From the NCBI RefSeq assembly GCF_001194135.2, contig NC_068987.1:88539954-88597874 (forward strand): a stretch of DNA of 57,921 nt, read 5' to 3'. The notes beneath the pieces were generated by a model. That model was given only the letters and a program-made list of their open reading frames with translations, made no database searches and had not been told where the DNA came from. The translations under genes and the position numbers were made by a program. Shown here in pieces: positions 13,569 to 25,962 of this stretch. Source of the stretch: Octopus bimaculoides (Eukaryota). Positions within the stretch are counted from its first letter, which is position 1, and every line of letters begins with the position of its first letter.

Positions 13569-14207
13569 GGTGACGAGCTGGCAGAATCGTTACCGGCCGG
13601 GCAAACTGCTTAGTGACATTTCGCCCGTCTTTATGCTTTGAGTTCAAATTCTGCAGAGGTTGATTTATAGTTTTGAGGTCGATAAATTAAGTATTAGTGA
13701 AACACAGAGGTCAATGTAATCGACTAGCCCACCACCACTAAATTTTAGGCCTTGTACCTTCAGTAGAAAGGATTAATATTATTGTTGTTATTGTTAAGGT
13801 GGTATAACATGCCGGGGAAAATGTTTAGCGGCATTTCGCTCCGAGTTCAAATCCCACCGAGGCCGACTTTACTTTTGATCCTTACGGAGTCGATAAATGA
13901 AGTAACAGTGAAACACTGGGGTCGATGTGATCGATCAGTCCCCTCCACCAAAGTTTCAGGCCTTAGTAGAAAATATTATTACAAGTTGTAGTATTAAGGC
14001 CGCGAGCTGGCAGAATCGTTGCCACACCGGACAAAGTGTTTAGCGGCACTTCTTCCGGCTTTAAGTTCTGAGTTCAAATGCTAGGGCAGTTGGTTTTGCC
14101 TTTCGTCCTTTTTGGGTCGATGACATAAGTCACAGTCAGGTACTGTGGTCGATGTAATTGACTTCCCCTTCCCCTCAAAATTGTTGGACTTGTACCAAAA
14201 ACTAGAA
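13569..14207 (+). mobile_element. Three tandem SINE family A copies
   Basis: Heads at about 13569, 13797 (partial) and 13997. Confidence 0.8.
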
Positions 14208-14344
14208 AGAATTATTATCAGCGAGATAATTTTTTTGCGAACTACCATTTCAGCTAAATTGTTTTATTTATTCTTCTCTAATCATAAATGTTTACAGCAT
14301 TAAGCTAATTAGACATGCTATCAGTAGTAGTAGTAGTAGTAGTA

Positions 14345-14407
<63 letters not shown>

Positions 14408-14815
14408 GGCGCAGGAGTGGCTGTGTGGTAAGTAGCTTGCTTACCAGCCACATGGTTCCGGGTTCAGTCCCACTGCGTGGCATCTTGGGCAAGTGTCTTC
14501 TACTATAGCTTCGGGCCGACCAAAGCTTTGTGAGTGGATTTGGTAGGCGGAAACTGAAAGAAGCCCGTCGTATATATGTATATGTGTGTGTGTGTGAGTG
14601 TGTGTGTGTGTGTCTGTGTTTGTCCCCCTAGCATTGCTTGACAAACGATGCTGGTGTGTTTATGTCCCAGTCACTTAGTGGTTCGGCAAAAGAGACCGAT
14701 AGAATAAGTACTAGGCTTACAAAAGAATAAGTCCCAGGGTCGATTTGCTCGACTAAAGGCGGTGCTCCAGCATGGCCGCATTCAAATGACTGAAACAAGT
14801 AAAAGAGTAAAAGAG
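14408..14815 (+). mobile_element. SINE family B, full length with internal (TA)n(TG)n
   Basis: Head ggcgcaggagtggctgtgtggtaag, B-box ggttcagtcc, core cttgggcaagtg, microsatellite, 3' module ending ctgaaacaagtaaaaga. Confidence 0.85.
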
Positions 14816-14958
14816 AGAATAATAATAATAACAACGCGCAACGGAGATATAAATATTTCTAAGAATATGTTTAATACAGACTATCAAATAATATGAATAA
14901 AAATTGTCGAAAACATGAAGTCATACGATTTTTATATAGGATAACGTGTTATTGCAAT

Positions 14959-14995
<37 letters not shown>

Positions 14996-16715
14996 NNNNN
15001 NNNNNNNNNNNNNNNNNNNNNNNNNNNNNNNNNNNNNNNNNNNNNNNNNNNNNNNNNNNNNNNNNNNNNNNNNNNNNNNNNNNNNNNNNNNNNNNNNNNN
15101 NNNNNNNNNNNNNNNNNNNNNNNNNNNNNNNNNNNNNNNNNNNNNNNNNNNNNNNNNNNNNNNNNNNNNNNNNNNNNNNNNNNNNNNNNNNNNNNNNNNN
15201 NNNNNNNNNNNNNNNNNNNNNNNNNNNNNNNNNNNNNNNNNNNNNNNNNNNNNNNNNNNNNNNNNNNNNNNNNNNNNNNNNNNNNNNNNNNNNNNNNNNN
15301 NNNNNNNNNNNNNNNNNNNNNNNNNNNNNNNNNNNNNNNNNNNNNNNNNNNNNNNNNNNNNNNNNNNNNNNNNNNNNNNNNNNNNNNNNNNNNNNNNNNN
15401 NNNNNNNNNNNNNNNNNNNNNNNNNNNNNNNNNNNNNNNNNNNNNNNNNNNNNNNNNNNNNNNNNNNNNNNNNNNNNNNNNNNNNNNNNNNNNNNNNNNN
15501 NNNNNNNNNNNNNNNNNNNNNNNNNNNNNNNNNNNNNNNNNNNNNNNNNNNNNNNNNNNNNNNNNNNNNNNNNNNNNNNNNNNNNNNNNNNNNNNNNNNN
15601 NNNNNNNNNNNNNNNNNNNNNNNNNNNNNNNNNNNNNNNNNNNNNNNNNNNNNNNNNNNNNNNNNNNNNNNNNNNNNNNNNNNNNNNNNNNNNNNNNNNN
15701 NNNNNNNNNNNNNNNNNNNNNNNNNNNNNNNNNNNNNNNNNNNNNNNNNNNNNNNNNNNNNNNNNNNNNNNNNNNNNNNNNNNNNNNNNNNNNNNNNNNN
15801 NNNNNNNNNNNNNNNNNNNNNNNNNNNNNNNNNNNNNNNNNNNNNNNNNNNNNNNNNNNNNNNNNNNNNNNNNNNNNNNNNNNNNNNNNNNNNNNNNNNN
15901 NNNNNNNNNNNNNNNNNNNNNNNNNNNNNNNNNNNNNNNNNNNNNNTATATATATAAGACAAGGCATGAATAATGTTCATTACATATTTTTCTTTATTGT
16001 AGTAAATTTGACTTACTGAGTAAACATGTTGTTGCTTCCCTTTACGTCCCCCAGTTTTGATGCAGTAACCGATTAATGACTGCAGCCAGTGTAATAATGA
16101 AAGAATTAAAAAAACATATATCTGTGTATGTTTATACATTTGAACCTGTATCTCTTCCCAGATGCTTGTGTATTAGTGTAGAGGCCCTGTGTACAGATGC
16201 TCTGTATATATGTATGATATATGCTATATGAATCTGATGAGGAAGAGCCATTTCATTGACTCTGTCTATTTTTGACGCTTGCATCAGATTGTCTAGCTGA
16301 CTGAAACTTCCTAGGGTAGTCTTGAGGCACCGATCGTCAGCGATATTTCAGGAATGGCCGAAATGAAAGCGGTTGTAACATTCAATGTATTTCTATGAAG
16401 ATATTAATAATGTACCTGTAACCGTTCCAAATAGAAAATAAAATCATCATATTTCCACTAATTATTCGAAATAAATTAATCAAATTGCTTTATAGCAAGA
16501 TATACGAATTAAATATGTATAATTTGTGGCTTCAAGTCACAAACAAATTTCCAATTATAACATAAATATATTGGAAACGTATCAACCATTAATCGATTCT
16601 AAGCCACCGTATGGCAATGAATATGGCTGTGTGGTTAAGCTTCTGTCGTTGCAACAAAGTACAGAGTTCGTTACTACTGAGGAGCATTTAGAATAAGTGT
16701 TTTATTTTTGTACAT

Positions 16716-16877
16716 GTGCAGGAGTGGATGTGTGATAAGTAGATTGCTTACCAACCACATGGTTCCGGGTTCAGTCCCACTGCGTGGCAGCTTGAGCAGG
16801 TGTCTTCTACTATAGTCTCGGGCCGACCAAAGCCTTGTGAGTGGATTTGGCAGACGGAAACTGAAAGAAGCCCGTCG

Positions 16878-16912
<35 letters not shown>

Positions 16913-17110
16913 GCATGTATGTATATGTTTGTGTCTATGTTTGTCTTCCCACCATCGCTTGACAACCGATGTTGGTGTGTTTACGTCCCCGTGATCTAGC
17001 GGTTCGGCAAAGGGATTCGACAGAATAAGTACTAGGCTTACAAAAGAATAAGTCTTGGAGTCGATTTGCTCGACTAAAAGCGGTGCTCCAGCATGGCCGC
17101 CGTCAAATAG
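16716..17110 (+). mobile_element. SINE family B, full length
   Basis: Same bipartite layout. Confidence 0.85.
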
Positions 17111-17254
17111 TTGACACAAATACAATAAAATAATACAAGTTGACCATTATATTGTGATTGGCTTTTGGTGTGGGGAAAAGAAAGAAAGCCACTGATCTCT
17201 CTCTCTCTCTCTCTCACTCTCTCTCCCTCACTCTCTCTCACTCTCTCTCTCTCG

Positions 17255-17293
<39 letters not shown>

Positions 17294-18126
17294 TCTCTCT
17301 CTCTCTACATACATTGTATGTATGTATGTATGTATGTATGTATGTATTTCTCTTTTGGAGTAAATTTTAAACGGCCGCTGGCTTGGCAGCAAGGTTGTAA
17401 AGGAAAGTTCTTTTGATTTATCTGTCATCCTTTAAATCTCTAGAAGCTTTTGCAGATTTTTATAGTCCCAGATATCGCCATCATTTCTGGTGTATGAATT
17501 AAGGATTTGCATTCTCTCCCCATGATCCCAAGTTGAGCCATACTTTGGTCCAGACGTATCGATATGTATCCTGTTGCCCCTATAATAATAAAGCCTATGT
17601 AACTGAAAGTGTATCTTGGGTACGAGATTTGCAAATTGTCTTGAAGAATTTCAGTCAAACGAATCGACCGTAATTGTTTTTTTAAGCCTGGTATTTATTC
17701 TATCGATTGTGATTGACTTTTGGTGTGGGGAAAATTCAGGCTAATTCAATGAGTTGGCCGTTCCAATGGTTGAACTTTGTAATAGTCATCGTTAGAACCG
17801 ACTAGAATCCATGTACTATTTTTTTTTTTTACGCTGACGCACATAGTGAAGGTGGAATAAGTCTTGTATTTTAACTGTTCTGTTCACTGATTTATTTTAC
17901 TGAACCAGTATTTAGCCTTTGTTTTTCATTCATCGCTGAACAACTGCTGACTTTTCAAAATATTTATAGCTATAAATGCAATTTTATACTCTGGGCACAC
18001 AATATATTAGTTACGAGACCATAAACACTCCAACACTCTTTGTCAAGAAACAGTAGTGGGGGACAAAGACAGACACAAAGACGCCCCCTCCCTTATATAT
18101 ATACACACATATATACATATATATAT

Positions 18127-18578
18127 GGTGAACAAAAGTGTGGAGTGGAGTGAAAGTGTTTGAGGAGGTCAGGATAACACATGCAAAACTAAAGAGAGAT
18201 TTAAAAAAGAATGTTGCGATCGAGAAGGTGAATCTTAGTGACCTTTTTGTGTGCACAGTGTGTGACAGACCGTGCCTTTCTTTTGCTGGGTTCAAATCTC
18301 ATTTGCGGACCCATGAAAAACCGAACCTCCACTAACTATTCTGCCTATGTATATCTATACACCTTTCAATGCTGTGTATGCCATAAGGTCTGCAAATCTA
18401 ACGGAAGCCACAATGGTAATTTTAAGATCCACAAAGATCAGAACTTAACTGCAGCTTTTGGTGGTCCAAGTCGGATATGCAATCTATGTGGGTGTCTTTT
18501 CAATACATTTCCTGGTTTAGATAGCCACAAACACCATGATGGATCTAAGGTGTAGTCCATAAGGAGTAGACAACACCA

Positions 18579-18585
<7 letters not shown>
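18127..18585 (+). mobile_element. RTE-like LINE 3' end with three C2H2-like zinc fingers, frameshifted
   Basis: WSGVKVFEEVRITHAKLKR..CTVCDRPCLSFAGFKSHLRTH; CCVCHKVCKS..KIH; CNLCGCLF..SHKH; followed by (AT)n. Confidence 0.7.
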
Positions 18586-18621
<36 letters not shown>

Positions 18622-19306
18622 GATAGGCTTCTTTCAGTTTCTATCTGCCAAATCCACTCACAAGGCTCTGGAAGTCCCGAGGTTATATTAGAAGGCACTT
18701 TCCCTATGTGTCACGCATTGAAACTGCACTTGGAACCATGTGGTTGGAAAGGAAGATTCTTACCACACAGCTGAAACAAGATTTTGAGAGTGCTATTCTG
18801 TGGACAAAAGACACACACGTTGCTGAATTAATTTACTACAGCTTTTAGCTCGTAGCGTTTTCAGTGAGTTCCCTGTAATGTGTCTTTGTACAAATTTGTT
18901 TTTAATAAGCACAGCTATAATACAATATCACTTAGTCACGCAATTAACCGTAATATCAAACCCGCCAGGACAGATTCCACTTACATTCTTTTGCTGGTGA
19001 AATGAACTTTTACAAATAAACCAACTGAGATTACTTCAGCACATAAGTCGTGTAAGTTGTACCTTCTTATACACATACACAACAGCCAAGAGTGAACAGT
19101 AATGACTTCAATTTCATGTTTCTGTATGAATTTGTATTGTTTTATTTGGAACTACGACACAGATTAAGTGGGTATTTCTGACCGAAGGATAATACTTAGG
19201 GAAACAAAATTTAAAGAAGAAAAAATTCATAATAATAATAATAATAATAACAACAACAACAATGATGGTGGTTATGATCTTGATGATGATGATTTTGATG
19301 ATTAAG

Positions 19307-19360
<54 letters not shown>

Positions 19361-19361
<1 letters not shown>

Positions 19362-19549
19362 TAGGGCTGCAATTACATGGAACAAATAGGGGCTGCAATA
19401 AGGGTGGAGCACTTGCAGAAAACAGCACTGCTTGGAACCGCTCGAATACTCCGGAAGGTGCTCGAAAAATAAGAGGTGTTACCTTAGTTCACTGGTAGTG
19501 AACAGCTGACACCATAGTACATCTCCAGCGTTTGAAGCTGTGCAAAGGC
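19361..19549 (+). mobile_element. R4/Dong-like LINE 3' end
   Basis: YMEQIGAAIRVEHLQKTALLGTARILRKVLEK* plus UTR, flanked by (AAT)n on both sides. Confidence 0.8.
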
Positions 19550-19598
<49 letters not shown>

Positions 19599-19609
19599 GT
19601 AATAGTAAT

Positions 19610-19860
19610 CCAATTATTGTTGGGTTCTTAGCGACAGTATCAGACAGCATCAAGACGAACACAAAAGAAATAGGAATCGAGTGCCCAGTAGAGCTGTTGC
19701 AAAACAAGGTTTACCTCCTTGCCACGGCCAGAATAATCAGGAAAAGTATTAGATAGTTAAAAAAGAACAGATTGCATGGTACCGTAGGCTGTAAGTAGCA
19801 AGCCCGCTATGCATGCAAGTCTCCAGGAGTTCCTATAAAAAAGAAAAGATATCTGAGTTA
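19610..19860 (+). mobile_element. Second R4/Dong-like LINE 3' end, different subfamily
   Basis: PIIVGFLATVSDSIKTNTKEIGIECPVELLQNKVYLLATARIIRKSIR* following (AAT)n. Confidence 0.75.
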
Positions 19861-20494
19861 AAAATAGTAATAATAACGCATCAGCAAATTCTATTTCTTA
19901 TATCCCAGTTGTTTAAATCTATTGATTTGAAATATCTACTTCCTAATCCAATAGAACGGGGACACTTTTTAATTTCTTTTCTCAATAGATTTTTAAAGAC
20001 AAAAGTGCAACTTTAGGGAGGTGAGAATAATACCAACGCCATCACTTAAAAGGAAGAGAGGAGATTAATTCAATATAATTTCCTGTCACTAGCGATTCTG
20101 AAGGTAAAACTTATTCAGTGATGTGACAGCATTCATATTAATAATAAATATTTCAATGATATGCAGTTAAAAGAATGCAACAATTTCGCTGTTGCAATAA
20201 AGAAAATGAAATTTAGTGCACGTCGTTTGCCCATTAATATGGAATGGCAGTAGCATATGCTACTGATACTTATATTCAGGGAATGTGCCAAATCTACTTA
20301 GCATAGAAATGGTCCCGGAGGAAATGCCAGTATGGTTTTAACTGCAAAAGAAAAATTGGAAAATATGCTAAAAATATTTAGTATTAACACGTTAACGACA
20401 TTTTGCGGTAGCTGAGTCTCTAAAGTGCTTCAGAACTGGTTACAGCTGGATAATTTTTGTATATATTAATACATTTTAATAATGTTTCTGAGAG

Positions 20495-20934
20495 GAGGGG
20501 TCAAGTTGAGTACAGCGATCCCAGTGTTCAACTAGGACATCATTTTATCGACCCCGGAAGGATGAAAGGTAAAGTTGACTTTGGCGGCATTTGAACTCAG
20601 AACATAAAGAGTCGGAAAATATGCCGCTGAGCTTTTTGTCCGACGTGCTCACAATTCTGCTAAACTTGCAGTCCCAGATTTGAAATTAATTTGAAGTGAA
20701 GATTATATATTGGACTAACCATGATTCCAAATTTTGGCACAAGGCCAGCAATTTCGAGGGAGGGGCAAGTCGATTGCACTGACCCCAGTGATCAACTGAT
20801 ACTTATTTAATCGACCCCGAAAGCGTGAAAGGTAAAATCGACCTCGGTGGAATTTTAACTCAAAACGCAAAGACGGGCGAAATGCCACGAAGCAGTTTGT
20901 CCGGCGTGTTAACAATTCTGCCAGCTCGCTGCCG
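20495..20934 (-). mobile_element. Two SINE family A copies
   Basis: About 20495-20668 and 20717-20934. Confidence 0.8.
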
Positions 20935-20999
20935 TATAACAATATATAATACCGGTTTCAAATTTTGGGTACCACGTATAACTAGAAGAACTGCATATT

Positions 21000-21215
21000 T
21001 TTTTCTTTTCTACTCTAAGCACAAGGCTCGAAATTTTTGGCGGGAGCCAGTCGATTAGATCGACTCCAGTACGCAACTGGTACTTAATTTATCGACCCCG
21101 AAGGGATGGAAGGCAAAGTCGACCTCGGCGGAATTTGAACTCAGAACGTAAAGGCAGAAGCAATACCGCTAAGCATTTCGCCCGGCGTGCTAACGTTTCT
21201 GCCAGGTCGTCACCT
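21000..21215 (-). mobile_element. SINE family A with 17 bp TSD
   Basis: tagaagaactgcatatt at 20983-20999 and 21216-21232. Confidence 0.9.
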
Positions 21216-21247
21216 TAGAAGAACTGCATATTATATAGAGAGATCAC

Positions 21248-21440
21248 AAGGCGGTGAGATGGCAGAACTATTAGCATTTGGTACGCCTCTACGTCCCGAG
21301 TTCAAATGCCACCGAGGTCGACCTTGCTTTTCTTTCTTTCGGGATCGATAAAATTAGTACCAGCTGAATACTGAGGTCAATGTAATCGACTTACCCACTT
21401 TCCAGAAGTTGCTGACCTTGTGCCATAATTTGAAACCAAT
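21248..21440 (+). mobile_element. SINE family A, inverted relative to upstream copy
   Basis: Head ggcggtgagatggcagaa. Confidence 0.8.
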
Positions 21441-21479
21441 ATAGAGAGGTCATGAATGTTGGGTAACGACCGAAGGAAT

Positions 21480-21760
21480 ACGATGCGCGAACACGTGCGG
21501 CTGAAATAGGGTTCCCTCGAAGAAGGAGCAACGTTACTCGAAAGGGTAGGTAGCTCGGAGACTAGGGAATCTTTCCCCTTCTCCGCAATATGAGGTCACG
21601 GCTCCGATACGACAAACATGTGGGTAAAATGTCGTAGGGAAGAATCGCAAGCTGGATTCTTCAAGCCGAGATAACCAATCAGATCTAGAGATAGCCAAAG
21701 ATCGTGATGGCTGGATAACATTCATAGTCTCAATTGGTTATTGGAATCCAGCATGAAATG
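21480..21760 (+). mobile_element. Possible RTE-like LINE 3' remnant
   Basis: SRLRYDKHV and LEIAKDRDGW resemble the RTE C-terminal RPRLRWKD and AQDR..W motifs; heavily decayed. Confidence 0.3.
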
Positions 21761-22415
21761 TTAATGACAGATAATTTTGACAGGACCCTGTGGAGCAGGC
21801 ATCTGAGGGCTCCGCCCCAACGAACTTCGCAGAAATAATGGGAGGAGAAGATGAATGGATAAATTGATGATGGTCGCGGCAACAAAAATCGCGACTTTAG
21901 ATTCATTAGAGAAATATTAAAAAATTTGCGGCGATCTAATTACCCTTCGACTTTCGTTAAGAGAGACATAAACAACCAGAAGCTGAATCTAGTACGTAAC
22001 TAGCAAAATTATATGATTCTTTTTTTTTTTTTTCCTTCTAGACTACTACCACAGACAAAAGTGTCGTTGGTGTTAACTAACAGGGAATTAAAATGGAAGT
22101 GTTAATATGGTATTCTTGTGGGGAAATAGTTTATGCTTTTATAGACATTTTCAGTTGTTCCAATCTAAGATTTCAGATTTAATGACAAGCAGATCGTAAA
22201 GGTATTTGATAGGTTTTCAGAAAAAGTTATGCAAATAATTTTCTCTCTCACTCTCTTCTTCCTCCTCTCGCTTTCTCAAACAACACATACATACATACAT
22301 ACGTACGTACGTACATACATACATACATACATACATACTACGAACGAGCCTTGGATCTAGGTTCCTTCTCTATCGGCAAAAAATTGTGATATAAAACTTA
22401 ATAATGACGTCTATC

Positions 22416-22470
<55 letters not shown>

Positions 22471-22483
22471 ACTGCAAACACAT

Positions 22484-22524
<41 letters not shown>

Positions 22525-23151
22525 CACACACACACACACACACGCACGCACATATATATATTGATACGTATGAAGATGTGTTTATGTATACATATAGATA
22601 TCAAAAATAGATATGTTTATATGTATATATAGTTACATATGTATATATATATATATATATATNNNNNNNNNNTATATATATGAGCTTTTAAATAAGTTCT
22701 CCATCAATAATGGTGGTTTCATACCGATGGGCTTGGTAAAAATTATTAATTGTTAATTGATTTATTAATTAATAAATTGATAATCCTTTACCCTTTTAAT
22801 TTGTATATATATATATACATGCGTGTGTGCGTGTCTGTGTGTATACGTGCGAACATAAATACATGCACACATTCAAATATTAATTAATACAGATGTAGAT
22901 AATATTTACATACATATACGTATATATTTATAAATTAGTTTCTTTACATATACTTTATATATGCCTGCATATATATGCACACATGCATGTGTGTGTATGT
23001 ACGTGTGTGTGTTTGTGTTTATATTTATATATATATATTTATATGTAGATGTATATAGCAGTGATATATTCACACTTATGCAGGTAAATGAGCATATACT
23101 TACATGCGTGAGTTACATCAATATGAATGTATGAGTATGTGTATGTTATAA

Positions 23152-23300
23152 ATATACACGCTGAATCTCCCCGAGAACTACGTTAAGGAAATACGTGTCT
23201 GTGGAGTGCTCAGCCATTTGCACGTTAATTTCACGAGCAACGTGTTCTGTTGATGGTATCAGCTGAGACCCTCGACGTCGTAACCGACGGAATGCTCCAT
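23152..23300 (+). mobile_element. SINE family C 3' part
   Basis: ctgaatctccccgagaactacgttaagg...gtcgtaaccgacgga. Confidence 0.8.
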
Positions 23301-23326
23301 ATGTATGTGTGTATATATATATATAC

Positions 23327-23371
<45 letters not shown>

Positions 23372-23552
23372 CGTAAAGGAGATTCATACAGTTTCACTTG
23401 AGAGTCAAACTGTGAATCTACTTGTAATTCTCGTTGAATACTTTATATTTCTGCAGAAAAACGGATGATAAAAAAAACCTTGCTACTCGATATAGTTATA
23501 ACAAAAGCTCTGATATTCTCATGCACTTTTCCTCCTCTATACCAAACTTTAG

Positions 23553-23716
23553 AAAGATCAACTTCAACAATATGTATGCTACGTCTAGCGAAGGATATCG
23601 TTTATCAATGTAGAGTTGTTGTTCTGACACCGCCAAATACTAGATATAAACCAACGCGTATCCTTTTAAGTTACGTCTCAACCAAGAAAACGATATCTTC
23701 TTCAACCGCATTTGAC
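23553..23716 (+). CDS. Candidate exon, FN3-like C-terminal strands plus S/T-rich linker (ERSTSTICMLRLAKDIVYQCRVVVLTPPNTRYKPTRILLSYVSTKKTISSSTAFD)
   Basis: Acceptor ttttcctcctctataccaaactttag| and strong donor GAC|GTAAGG; open frame, phase 1 to 0. L-x4-Y-x-x-R-V resembles the FN3 E-F strand signature (by eye only). Confidence 0.45.
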
Positions 23717-24052
23717 GTAAGGCTTCCGCATTGTCCTAATATATCTGGAAGGTTAAGAAAGATCATATAATTTACTCTGTAATATAATATCTAGATATAA
23801 AGTTGGAAAAGAATAGCTAGGAGCAAATTCTATCATGGTGACTTCGGACTTTGGAATATATATTGATCAATGAGATTTGCCACATTTCTTTTCCTTTAAG
23901 CCTATCGTTATTTCCCATCTGATATTTCAGATATACATCCAGCATCCTCAGGCTCAACTAAAGATAAATATCATGTCCCGACCATCCTTCGCCTTCACCC
24001 CAACGACCCATTTCAAGCTAACTTCCACCTGCACAAAATCATAACTACGAAC

Positions 24053-24095
<43 letters not shown>

Positions 24096-25284
24096 CAGAT
24101 ACACGCAAACACGCTCACGCATACACTCGCATACACGCATACACACAAAATATGCATCCCACATCACCATTCTGTTCGAAGAATCTGTAATTTCAAAATG
24201 CCTTATTTTACAGCTATGAGATGTATTATTATTGTCATGATTTTATCTTACTATAATCAACATCAGACACATTTTGTCAATATAAAAGTTTTTATTAGAT
24301 TAAAAGGACATTATCAAAACATGAAGGTAAAACAAAACAAATAGCAGCTTATACACCGAAAAATATGGTAATTGTAGTGGCAGTGACAAGTTCGCTCGCT
24401 GGTTGCTAGTCGATTGTATAGTCGGGAGGGAAGAGTAAGGAATGGACGGTGCTGACTAGAAAGGAAAAAAGAATAAAGGTGGCATCGTCTTCGCTCGCTA
24501 TACGAATAGAACAGAGTGGTGACATTTAGTAGAGATGACCCGGAAGTTATTGCTCTTCGATTACTATTGCAAACAGCAGTAACTTTCTTCAACCGAATAC
24601 ACGTCGTTGATTGGTTGAAATTACCCAAATACGACAATTTTAACATGAAATAACTTCTAAAATACGAAATTTTGTCAAAAACGTTCTGAGTAAACCGTGT
24701 TTTACGTGAGAAATTCTACCAGTATTCGAAATTTCAAACTGTTTAGTTAAAAAAAATTAATTAAAAAATCTGTGATTGAGATGGAATAGATCCTAAGTCA
24801 CAACTGAAAGAGCCTATCCAGGTACTCTCACCCCCGACATGAATAATAACATCCACAGTTGTAAACAAGCGTGTCCATAGCCGTGTTTTCACAGCTACAC
24901 GCATGCAAAGTACCATTGACATTGATTACATAAACATTCATATTCAGGAAATATAATCCTCGTCCTTCTAAACGTGTTACTGCTTTCCTCACACTCTCAC
25001 TTCCCCTTCACAGCATAATATACTTCACTGGATACTGTTGCCTGCGTTGCATTCTCTTATAATTTATTGTATAAGTATATATATATATATACACACACAC
25101 GCACACACACACACACACACACAAACAAGCACGCACACACACATACAAGCATGCACACACATACATACAAGCACGCACACACATACACACACACATGTAT
25201 ATCTATCTATCTATATTTATCTCTCTCTCTCTATCTATATCTCGCCCCCCTCTCTCTCTCTCTCTATCTATATCTCGCCCCCCC

Positions 25285-25323
<39 letters not shown>

Positions 25324-25547
25324 ATGTGTACTTGCATGTGTGTGTATCTGTGTATATCTGTTATGCAGGAATGCATGTATTTGCATATTTCTATCATTAG
25401 TATCTGAAGATAATTCACTCCTGCCCTTGTCTTATCAACGACTCTTGATAAATTCATTATCCAGACTGTATACATTTTGGAATCTGTGTCATTGCCATAT
25501 CAGCTGGCTATAATGTTGATGCATGTTTGTTCGTGTGTACACACATA

Positions 25548-25585
<38 letters not shown>

Positions 25586-25594
25586 GAGAGAGGC

Positions 25595-25635
<41 letters not shown>

Positions 25636-25744
25636 GCGAATCAATGTGTATGCGAGCGTTTTGCATATCTTATATATGTGTATGTATATGTATTTATGTA
25701 TGTGAGGGTGCTATAATATTCCTGGCTTTGGGTAACAGAAAATA

Positions 25745-25905
25745 CAGGAGGATCAATTAATTATGATGTTCTTCAGCATATTCCCCTTCTCCGATTCACA
25801 TGCTTATTGTAGCGGTCCTTCTGATTTCCGAAGCCCTGTAAAAGGACTCGGAATTCTGAGCCTCCAGCCAGGCGTTTCGTGACACCCTCAAACCCAGGGA
25901 CTTCA
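25745..25905 (-). mobile_element. Mariner transposase C-terminal remnant
   Basis: Minus: NAWLEAQNSESFY and KDRYNKHVNRRREYAEE resemble mariner C-termini. Confidence 0.45.
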
Positions 25906-25962
25906 CAGCGCCCCCTCATACCTATTACATGCAATCGAGTGTGTTACCGCCGCCCTGTTTGT

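Noticed and set aside
16231-16307. CTGATGA ... CTGA / GAAAC, considered as C/D snoRNA or hammerhead
   Set aside because: C box not RTGATGA, no terminal stem, and no stem II immediately before GAAAC; the box is instead paired in a 9 bp stem.
22042-22110. Very strong acceptor (T-run cttctag)
   Set aside because: All frames close or lack a good donor; poly-T may be a retrotransposon tail.
25014-25074. Hydrophobic exon candidate HNILHWILLPALHSLIIYCI after a very strong polypyrimidine tract
   Set aside because: Three His in the helix, donor lies in a (TA)n edge, no basic stop-transfer, and a better TM candidate exists at 49697. Not fully excluded.
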